From positions 1 through 64,000 of the forward strand of contig NW_005434480.1 of assembly GCF_000315625.1 (NCBI RefSeq): 64,000 nt of DNA, read 5' to 3'. Below, in pieces: positions 51,224-61,700 of the stretch. Source of the stretch: Guillardia theta CCMP2712 (Eukaryota > Protista > Cryptophyta). A program made the position numbers and the translations under genes. Under the pieces are notes generated by a model. That model searched no databases and was not told the DNA's origin. It saw only the letters and a list, made by a program, of their open reading frames with translations. How positions within the stretch are numbered: the stretch's first letter is position 1; the number at the start of each line of letters is the position of its first letter.

Positions 51224-51828
51224 TGGACTCCTTCGTTCAGATGCTCGGCGATCAGGCTGTACCCCAGCAGAGCCTGTCGGTGTCAGACGGCGGCGCGTTC
51301 CTACTCCGTCACCAGCCGACCGTCCGTGCTGGACTCTACCTGGAGCAGCCTGGCTCTGCTCATCGTGTCGACGTCGTCGGCTGGTACAGCTGACATGTAC
51401 CTCAACGACACCATTGCGGGCTCCTACTCCAACGGTCAGAAGACCGCACCGGCGAGCGCGAGCTCGTCGACGACTCCAGCAGGAGGTCAGAACATCGGAG
51501 CCATCATCGGAGGCGTCATCGGGGGCGTGGTCGGAGCCGCTCTGCTCGGCCTGCTCTCCTACAAGCTGCTTGCGCCCAAGGCTGTCGGCAAGGCAGTAGA
51601 CGAGGAGATGGTGCCTGTCTACCTGCCTCAAGCCTATCCTGCCCTTGACGTGCAGTACGCCGCTGCAGCCCCGATGCCTGTTGGTACTCCAGCGTACGGC
51701 CAGCAGCCCATGGCTTACGGCATGTGAGAAACGCGGCTACTTGATGATCCGGCAGGCAGCGGCTGATGCTGCTGTCTGCCTCGTAGAGCTCGATACGAGC
51801 GATCCGTTTCATCGGATAAGAATAAAGT
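51224..51828 (+). pseudogene. Paralog C: duplicated 3' end (TM, tail, 3'UTR) of gene B
   Basis: Matches B 45048-45744, with a 2-nt deletion (~51298) and an internal deletion of about 90 nt; same tail and downstream sequence. Confidence 0.92.
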
Positions 51829-52421
51829 GAGAGTGAACCTGACGGGCCTGATTGCTCGTATCAACAATCAGAAGGGGGGAGGTAGAGGAAGGCAGGTACT
51901 AAAAAGAACCTTTCTGTGAAGGGTTGTGCAACATCTATCGGAGGAAAGGCTAGTCTCTACCCTCCTTCTTCGAAGCTATAAAAGGATTATCGCACCTTTC
52001 ATGTGTGTGCCATGCCTGTGAGTGTTGGCTTGTCTCGTCTGTTGTGTGAGAATAAAGAGAGATAGATCTCCTTCTTGATGTCACCCTGCGGAGAAATCCA
52101 GCGCAAGTTCTTGCTGCAGACCTATGTTCAAGGTCGTAAAGCCTCGGGATGTGACAAAGAAGCAGAAATGCAGGAGCCGAAGCAACAGCAAGGAGGCAAA
52201 CTGAAAATATCGCTCTAGCGGCAGAGCGCTGGGAGTGCTGGGGAGAGAAAAGACGACAGGACACAAGCACGACCGAAGTATGGGAACAACATGCGTAGTC
52301 ACTGAATGCGTCATCGTTCTTTACTCACGAAAAAAAAGCAGGAGTGGAGGGAAAAGACAAAACGCGTCTCATGCGTTGAGTCGGATCATGAAGGATGCTT
52401 ACCAACCAGCAGCTGGTCAGC

Positions 52422-55400
52422 TCACATGCCGTACGCCATGGGCTGCTGACCGTAGACGGGTGTCTGGAGCGGCATGGGGGCAGCGGAGGCGTAGTCTACA
52501 GGGAGAACAGGGTAGGTCTGGGGGAGGTACACCGGTACCATCTCCTCCACGGGAGACTTCACCACGGTCGCAGGGGCCAGCAGCTTGTACGCCAGGAAGC
52601 CCAGAAGAGCCGCGCCGGCAACGCCCCCGATGACCCCGCCGACAATGGCGCCGACGTTGATCGAGCTACCAGCTGGGGTAGTGGTGGCCGTGGTAGCGGA
52701 GGGGGAGGCAGGGGTTGAGGAAGGCAGAGTTGTAGAGACCTTCCTTGACTGCGTCTTCCACAAGATGAAGCGGCTGCTCGAGGAGGTCAGCCCGCTCAGC
52801 TGACCCCCGAGAGCTCTGGCAGCCACTGTGTTGTTGAGATACACCTCCTGCACGGCAGATCCGAGGGAGGCAGTGAAGGTCAGGGAGCAGGTGTTGGCGG
52901 TTGCTACCGAGTAGTCACACCTCGTCGCGCTGCCACAGGCATGAATCTTCGACGACGACAAGTAGCCGCTGCCTCCCGACACGACGGTCACTGTATTTCC
53001 ATCGAAGTCGAGGACAGCTGGCTCCCCCCCCTCCAGGCTTGGCTCGGCATAGAGCCGACCCACACAGTCCGAGTAGACACTCGCTTGAGCAGCGTGTGTG
53101 GTAGCGTACGTCTGACGCTGACCGCGCACGACTGTCAGGGAGGAGCCAGCGACGGCTGTCACCAGCATGACCTCGTTGTCAATGCGGATGTAGCTGCCTG
53201 ACGTTATGAAGGTCACCGACGCTGACAGCGTCACGGTAGTTGAGGTCGAGTCCAGCACAGCGTTTGACAGGGCAGCCGGAGATATCGTTCCCGATGCCGC
53301 CACCGACTTAATCGAGTAGCCCAAGAACGGCGAGTAGACCTTGGACGGTGCTCCCCACACGCTCCCTAAGCTTGACGACTCCTGGGTGATGCTGTAAGAT
53401 GCCGTCACTCTGGCCGTCGATGACACGGAGCTCGAGAGCACGGGTGTAGTGGCGAGGGCCGTAGCGAGGGCCTGCAGGGTGACGCGGAGAGTCTCGCTTC
53501 CGGTCACGTGGTCTCCAAGCATCTGCCCGAACGAGTCAAGCACGTAGACCGGGCTGGTGCCATTGATCTTATTCGAGCTCCCCTCCAGCACAGCTGAGCG
53601 CGGGCGCATCAGGTCGTACCCGTCCATCCTGTCCTGGTAGTAGAGCGGGTCCGAGCTGTACTTGGCGGGGCTATAGACGACAGGGTACGAGACCGAGGGC
53701 ATGATGAGCGAGGGGATCGCACCCGGGTACGAGGTCAGGGCAGGCGCCAGGTAGTTGAGCGATAGCACGGGGGCGCTCGGGAGCTTGGCGGGGCTCTGGA
53801 TGACGGCAAGGCCGTCGAGGTAGAGCATGGGTGTAGCATCGGTCGTGTCTGGGTTGGTGATCAACGGGCGGGCATAGAGCCCGGCATTGCTCCCGGAGAT
53901 CGACTGAAGGACGCCCGTCGCCCCGATGATGGTCGACATGAAGTACTGCGCCCCGATGGAGAGCTCGATCTCTGCGCTGGCGCTGTGAGCGGCTGCGGCG
54001 GTGCCCTGCTGGGCTCTGGCGACCGTGATGGTGCTGGTCGTCTTGTCCACTGCCAGCACCAGCATGACCTCGTCGTCGACGAGGATGTTTGTGCCCTGGG
54101 CTGGCATGGTGCCGGACACAGCGATCTGAGTAGCGGAAGCCGAGATGCCGGCAGACACGGTCTGCAGCAGACGTCGCCCTGCTGCTGTCTGAGTCGGGGA
54201 CGATGCAAGAGCAGTCGTCGAGCTGCGCACGTAGGTCACAGACGATCCCTGGGCGTGGGAGGTCGCGAGCGATCCCTGGACGCTTCTGGTCACTCCGACG
54301 AGGTTGTTGGCAAGGGACGTGATCTGAAGCAGCTCCTGGCCGATGGCGATGACGTCATACTGAAACAAGCCGGTGGCGTCGTTGACGATGATGAACGTAG
54401 CGTTGTTGGTGAGAGGGGCGACGAGGATGGCGCTCCTCAGGCCGTAACGAGACGCTACTGACATCCAACCGCCCCAGGGGCTAAAGGGGAAAAACGACAA
54501 GGTGCCGAACTGTCCATGCTTGATGTTGAGCAGGTTGGGTGAGGAAGCAGTGACAAGGGCTATTTCAGGTACAACTGGAAACGCGATTACCATCTCAACA
54601 TAGTCACCCGGAGCGATCCCGGTCTGAGAGTTGACGTACACGTTGTCGTGGACGAAGACGACATCTCCACTTGAATGAGCACGCGGCTGGTAACACCATG
54701 ATAATCCGGAACATTGTGCTTCAATCGGATTAATTCCTCGTGTCACATTGAGCTGGTTTGAGGTCAAGACATCGTTGATTAGCATGAGCTCAGGGGAATC
54801 CTTTTTATTTCCGTTCATCTCTCCATTGTAGACAACGACATACTGGCCGGGCTGGAATCCGGAATTGTCCTTGACAGAAATGATAGTGTCTGCTTTATCT
54901 GAGATTGCGTCTGTGAGGTATGAAGGATTGCCGACGACTAAAACATATGCATCTTTTGCATGTTCAGTCCTGTTGGTGATGTTTGCAGGCTGAACCTCAA
55001 ACGTGCTGGATGTCGGAGTAGTTGGAACGTAGAGAACTTCAGTATCAATGACAATGTAGCTCCCGCCTGGTATGCTGGAGTAACCAGATTGAGAGGAAGA
55101 AACGTCTGCAAGTGTGATACTGGTGGCGTCGCTTCCAACAGCCCCTTGCAATCGAGGTAGGACGGGAAGTTTTGTTTCCACATACGCATCAGTATAATAT
55201 TTAGGAAGCGATGTTGCGCTTGAAAGTTTTGTGAGAATTGGTTCTCCCTTGTTCCAATTGTTTGTACCTGATCCAAATACACCGCGATCGACCGTTATCG
55301 ACGTTTCGTTGAAATCCGTTACTTTGAGAATTTCATACCAATCAAAAAACAATGTCAAGTAGTCGCCGATCGCAAGGCCCAGGCTTGTTGTGTCCAAGGG

Positions 55401-56399
55401 GTATGAGGGTGATGATTCTATCGTGCTACTGCAAGGTAAAGTACATTTAGTCAAATCTGATGTCAATTTAAACACAGATGTCGCGATCGACACAACGGTA
55501 CGAGCAGGCCAGGGATCCCGTATCGAAACTGTCGTTCCAAAGAGACCTCTTTCTATGCCCACAGTCGTGCCGGTTATAGATGTGATCTGAACGATCTCAT
55601 GAAAATAATTGGAACCATCATCGTACGAATAATCGTACATGTGCATGTAAAGTCCAACTTTCATGCCCTCAAAAGAGATCACGGTCATCGACGTATCATC
55701 CTTTGCCAGTGGCGATGCCAGGGCTGTCGGCAGCAGAGTCACCGTCTCAAGGGTCAAAGACCGGTACTCAGCCCCGACCACGTGCGCTGCCGCTGTCGTT
55801 TGCGCCTGACCTCGCAGGACGGTGAACGACGTGGAGGTCAAGCTTGTGATCTTCATGATCTCCTCGTCGATCTGGATGTACATGTTGGCCGTGAAGCCTC
55901 TCGTCGTGAAGACAGTGATCGACGTGTCTGCTGCCGTCACGGCTGCCTTGATTCTTGCGACTGCTGTCGTGGGGTTGTACAGCCCGACGAGTGAGCCCGC
56001 AGCTTGAGCAGGTGTCTTCGTCCCGGCAGACTGAGAGTAGCCTCTGTACACGCCCAGCTGCTTGTTGGTCACGTCCACACTCGCTACAAACATGAACTCG
56101 TCGTTGATGGCGATCGTATGTCCGACCTTAAAGCCTGAAACTGACGCAACGGAAACCGTTTCCAGCGCTCCTGCGGTAGACGCGGGGATGGCCTTCTCCA
56201 GTGCCGTACCGGGATAGAAGAGCACCACACTTGCTCCCGGTAGATGTTGTGCTGCTGTCGTCCCTCCCAGTGCCCTCTCACTCACTGTGATCGAGTTGCC
56301 CGTGACTTGACCGACCTTGAAGATCTCCGCGTCAATCAAGATCAGGTCTCCTGCCTTGAACAACGATGCGTCTGCGACCGCGAACTGGATGTTCGTACT
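52422..56399 (-). pseudogene. Paralog D: C-terminal third of a giant membrane protein, ORF intact but 5' portion absent
   Basis: 1,313-aa ORF collinear with A from FKAGDLI.ID.EIFK, with a B-type TM and tail. Homology stops at ~56399 (STNIQFAVADASL), with an in-frame TAA at 56408-56406 and no signal peptide. Confidence 0.75.
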
Positions 56400-56749
56400 C
56401 TTATATTATACTTGTCGATTCTAGCATTTTATACGTAACATTATGCGAGGCAACACTTAGGATTGAGGTTCCTGGCTGATAAAAGCATTCATATGCCTTT
56501 CAGTGAGCATTACACGTCGACTCATGTTCTTACGTTCCCTTTACAGCATTTTAAGATGCATGATAGGAATTGCGTTCAAACATATTTGAGGTGTGTCGTC
56601 TTGTGCAGCATGTGCTTTGCTACTTCTTGATACCCATGAGATCCCGAGGTGTACAGCATCTTCCGAATGTGTCTTGCTGTTCAAGAGAACATAGACAAGT
56701 TTGAGACGCATGAAATCACTTTCTCTTTTTCCTCTGATAGCGCTTTGCT

Positions 56750-57350
56750 TCTGGGAAGTTCAACAGTTGACCTCTTGAGGTCAGGAACTGACCAGTGGGC
56801 AGAGGTTCTGTGAAGATATCAGCAACTTGCCCATTCGTGTCAATTGCTTCCAAGGAAATCTGCTTGTTTGCAACGCACTCTGGTATGAAGTGAATTCTTC
56901 GCTTAACATGCTTCGATCGGCTATGCTGACGGGATTCTCGCTGAGTTTGATACAGGCGGCGTTGTCTTGGTAGCGTAGTGAAGCTACAGCTCTGTCCTCT
57001 GAGGAGAAGCAGGGGATCGTCCGTTGTTTGTATGCCATGAACTCGAGCAGAAGAAACGAAGCATTTGCTTCTTTATCTTATCTGTTTGATGTTCTCTTGT
57101 ATTTGCTCAGACTGAGTGTCTCGTATGGGAAAACATCCTTTTCACGAACCAAGAAACAGCCCCAGGGGTTCATGCTCAGCTGGAGAGGATTCAACAGATT
57201 CTAGAATGAATCAGCGGAGGAGAAGATGCTTTGCAAGGTGCTCGAGCATGCACAGGTTGGCTCCATACTTTGTTTGGATCTACCCGGCTGGGTCTACAAG
57301 AGATTTTTACATCCAATTCATCGATCCCGTAGGAAACAGAAACGCTACTC
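56750..57350 (-). mobile_element. Ty1/copia LTR-retrotransposon pol relic (RNase H C-terminus; possible RT trace)
   Basis: YQDNAACIKLSENPV, then after a frameshift SRSKHVKRRIHFIPECVANKQISLEAIDTNGQVADIFTEPLP, matching the copia RNase H consensus DN.A.I...NP...RSKHI...HF......ADIFTKPL. Weaker RT-like DELDVKI...NKVW near 57250-57330. Confidence 0.85.
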
Positions 57351-57767
57351 AACAACGATTGAAACAAGAATGCAAGGGAAAACAAGAATGCAAGGGAGGT
57401 GTAGCAACTCCTTCAAGAAAGTTACCGTGTAAACCATGCAGTAAACCATGCACATGTCTTTCCTTCTACATGAGAAATGGAAATAAGAGAATTGGATAAT
57501 TATGTTTAAACGAACGCGTGATCAGCGTTTGGTCTCCTTTACGAGAGCAGCAAGCGTGTTGTTTGAGGGTGATTTACTTCTAGCGTTCTAATAGCTCACA
57601 TGAAGATAATGACGATTCGTCAAGTAAACATAGAGACTTGTATCCTCTGATTCTCTATCTTCTCTTGTTCCTACTCCGTAACGAAAACATAACAAGCTGA
57701 GCTGGCCTTTGAACCGCTGGGCTACAACCTACTTGAGTCAATAAATCCGACCGACAACAAAAATGAA

Positions 57768-57869
57768 TGATCTATCTCGACTGATGTATCTCGACTGATC
57801 TATCTCGACTGATGTATCTCGACTGATGTATCTTGACTGATCTATCTCGACTGATCTATCTCGACTGAC
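57768..57869. repeat. 14-bp tandem repeat x7
   Basis: tgat(c/g)tatctcgac repeated seven times. Confidence 0.95.
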
Positions 57870-58472
57870 TGGTTAGACAACGCCATCTGAGCATCATGAT
57901 CAGGCTCTTTGGCAATGCAACACTCTCAAGACTGCGTTGGTACCTGCCAGATTCCGGTCAACAGCAACTATCAACTTTCGAAGTCAAGGCGGCATGTACG
58001 TCAAATGGCGAGATTCCATTCGTTGCTTCGACCAGCGTCCTCGTGCGGCAACAGGCTGAGGGTGTCGATGTTACAGAGGTCTAGTGATCCGGATGCAATC
58101 CTCGTGGCCTATGTAAGCATTGTTCGAAAGTCTTTGGAGAAATGAAGCAAAGATTGAAGCCCTGATGAGTAATCGAGCAAGTAGCGGGGTAACTTTGACA
58201 AATAAGTGCGCTTCTCCTAAGATCATAAGGACATCAGCATAGGCGATATCGTCACTGACTGTGTGTCTGCCAGGGTGGACTGGTCAATTGACGGAGGTTT
58301 GAAGATCATGGTTACTTGCTTTATTCTAGCCCGAGGTACATATGCTCTGTCATTAGAAGGTACTCAAGTCTGACCCAGCACACCCCGACCGGCAGTTCGA
58401 GGCAGCAGGAGAGAGCTGGTAACATCTCTTGTCCATTCCTCATAAGGATGGCATGTGACCAACATCATTCTG

Positions 58473-58505
58473 CCCTAAACCCTAAACCCTAAACCCTAAA
58501 CCCTA
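58473..58505. repeat. Interstitial telomere-type repeat (CCCTAAA)4.7
   Basis: ccctaaa x4 plus cccta; TTTAGGG on the minus strand. Confidence 0.92.
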
Positions 58506-58582
58506 TGACGTGAACGTAAGTCAAAGATCTGTCGTTCCAGCGAGAGAGAATGCTTGACAGAGAAGAGGTCGAATTAGTGCTC

Positions 58583-58745
58583 GTGTACTTCATCCCAGAC
58601 TGCGGGACAACAGCAGCATCAGCAGGGCAACTGAAGTGAGTGCGGGCAGCAAGATTCCCTGAAGACTAGAGACACGTCGGCGGGCGTAGCGTCCTTCACC
58701 TAGCAAGGCGAAGGCTCTGGGAGGGGAAGAGGAAGAGAAGCAGGT
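58583..58745 (-). pseudogene. Relic of the 5' end (signal-peptide region) of another giant-protein paralog
   Basis: Minus strand tcagttgccctgctgatgctgctgttgtcccgcagtctgggatgaagtacac aligns with B 33518-33569 tcagctgtcctgcgcatgctgctgtcgtctcgcagtctgggattaagtacac. Confidence 0.75.
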
Positions 58746-61700
58746 GGAGCCAACGTAGGAGGCAAAGAAGGATGCACTTTCTCGCCGACGGCCTTGGGCG
58801 TGATGAGCTTGTAGGTGAGCAGGCCGAGTAGAGCTGCTCCTACCACGCCCCCGATGACGCCTCCGATGATAGCTCCGATGTTCTGACCTCCTGCTGGAGT
58901 CGTCGATGAGCTCGCGTTCGCTGGCGTGGACGCTGCTGCTGAGCTTGCAACCGCTATTGTGGACGCTGCTGCTGAGGCCCCGACGAGCACAGCAAGCTTG
59001 CGCGGGTCTGTCTTCCATGCAAACATCCTGCTGCTGGCAGACAGCAGAGCGGTCTTCTGACCGTTGGAGTGGGAGCCCGCAATGGTGTCGTTGAGGTACA
59101 TGTCGGCTGTAGTAGCTGACGACGTCGACACGATGAGCAGGGCCGGGCTGCTCCAGGTAGAGTCCAGCACGGACGGTCGGCTGGTGACGGAGTATGAGTA
59201 CGGGCCGCCGTCTGACACCGACAGGCTCTGCTGGGGTACAGCCTGATCGCCGAGCATCTGGCCGAAGGAGTCAAGCACGAACACGGGCGAGCCTGGCTCA
59301 TGAGGGATCGGAGAGCTGGCGTTGATGGCGTTGGAGCCGTTGGTAGGAGACAGCAGGGAGCTGTCTGAGCTCGGGTCATACCCGTCCATCCTGTCCTGGA
59401 AGTAGAGAGGGTCTGCTGGGAACCTCCAAGGCTGGTACGTCACGGGGTAGGTCACAGTCGGCCTGATGAGTCTCTTGGTGAACTTGTCCGTCAGGTCCAC
59501 CCCGAGGTAAGTCTGCTGGACGAGAGGGCGGTAGGAGTAGGCAGCTCCTCCGACCGCCTGTCCTTGGGCGTCGCCGTCGATGAGCCTGTTGAGGCACAGC
59601 TGGAAGGTCGGCCGGCTAGTCACTCCGGCTCCTCCAGACAGCACGTTGACGCCAGACACTGCGATCACTCCAGCCGCGTTCATGCTGTACACAGGCAGAG
59701 CTGAGAAGCCCGACGAGCCCAGCAGACTTGACCTGACGTTGAGCTGCCAGGAGAAGACCGCGTTGGGGATGTTGTAGGGCGTGTTGGTCACGTGAGCAGC
59801 CGCCGACGTTCCTCTCAGCCCGCGATCATCCACCGGGACGGTGCCTGAGGCGGGCTGCCGGATCAAGATGATCTCCTCGTTGAGCTGTGCCCAGACGTCT
59901 TGGTAGCTGGTGGAGGCCTGCAGGATCGAGCTGGGAAGGGCGATTGAGCCCTGCTGTGCGATGTACCTCAGGTGCTGGTCGCGCCGAGTCATAGGAGTAA
60001 CGGCAGAGACTGGCGAGGACGTCTTGGCTACGGGAGCAGTCCATGTGACTGATGCTGCGAGCTTATGAGGGGCAGCAGCGGTGCCTGCTTGAGCTCGAGA
60101 GACTTGGAGGAGGTTGCCGTTGAGGTTGTCTATGGTCATGACCTCGTCGTCGACGACGATGCTGTCGCCGGCTCGGAACCCGGAGGCGTCGAAGAGGATG
60201 ACGCGCGTTACGGTCGAGTTGATGTCCAGAGCGAGCTTGGACCTGGCGAAGCTCTTCTTGGAGACAGGCAGCAGCTGATAAGTGAAATGTGCGTCTCGAA
60301 TCCACGAATCATCACGTTCTGTGCCATATTCTCCTGAGGTGAACTTGAGGCGTACCTCGTTCTGAGAGGACGAGATGACTTGTGCTGTCCCGCCATAACC
60401 GCCCCCCGACAACATGACGCTGTCACCAGGAAATAACGCGTCACCGTCGAGGACGTCAAACTTCTCGTACTTGAATAAGATTGCTTTGCCTTGTTTGAAT
60501 GTGGTTTGGCAAGCGAATCTGGAGCAACTGAAAGAGATGACGTCCATGGAGTAATCTCCGACAGCTGTGACTCGGAACAAACCATTCTTGTAATAAGGTA
60601 ATCCCCACTTGTCCAAGTCAGCCATGCCGATTCTCACGAGGTCACCCGGGGAGTAGAAGTCTGACACTTGAGTGGTCAAGGTGATGCTGTAGGTATCCAG
60701 AGTATCTGACAGTGAGACAGTCGAGTTGAGGAGCCTCAGACCCTCGACCTTCGTAAATCGATGGTTAAAATTTAGATTCAAATCCTCGTTTGGTGCAAAA
60801 ACCTTGGTTGCCGTGATTTTGCTGTCTGTAGTGTTGATAGCTTTGACTTCGAAAGCTGCATAGCCATCGCTCACAATGTCACCAACTGCAAAGTCTGATA
60901 CACTAGATAAGGGCACCTCACATGGGCTGGTACAAAACCTTTTAGTCACTTTACAGGTTGGAGGATACTTCAAGTAAGCAGGCTTTGCAATGGTATGCAC
61001 CAGCGCTCCTGCTAACACGCTGGTCGCCTGTGAACTACCCCGATAGTCAGGGATCATTCCTCGACGTACACTGCCGTCCGACTGATACTCCATCACCTCG
61101 AAGTACACATCATTATCCCAACCTGGAAACGCCCACAGCAGATCTCCGGCTTGCAGTCCGTAAGTGTTTGAGAAGTTCGCGATGGTTGCCGTCTTATCGA
61201 TTTCCTGCTCCAGGACTCGTGGGCTGAATAGATAGTTCACTGAGATCCCTTCGTAGAAAACAAATTTGCCTGGATTTGACTGAAACTGAGCTCTTTGGAC
61301 CGTCAGGTTCTGGTAGAGATACCCCGATACCGTAGCCGTCTCAGCGCTCAATACCAACATCGCCTCATCAAACAAATCATAATAATCAAATACCCGCAGG
61401 TAGTCGCCTGGCTGAAAGCCTGACGACTGCGTGTCCTTCACTGGGTCCTTCAAACGTAGAACAGTGTCGCTAAAGCTGATCGTAGCCAGCAGAACCATGT
61501 TTGACCTGTAGATTGACCGCCCCAGGCTCGCCCCAGTTGTCAGCTTCACCAGCACTCCCGTCGGGTGCGATGACGCAGATGTTCCTAGCTGGGCTCGCTG
61601 GACGGTAAGTGTGTCGCCGGATATCGAAGTCACTGCCATGATCTCGCCCAGCACCTGGATGAAGGCCCCCGCAAACAACAGGCTCGCGTCCGATACAGTC

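Noticed and set aside
51950-52314. Short minus-strand ORFs between C and D
   Set aside because: No ATG start or motif support; probably UTR or intergenic.
57896-58145. Short plus-strand ORFs near the 14-bp array
   Set aside because: Under 80 aa, interrupted by stops, and unassignable.
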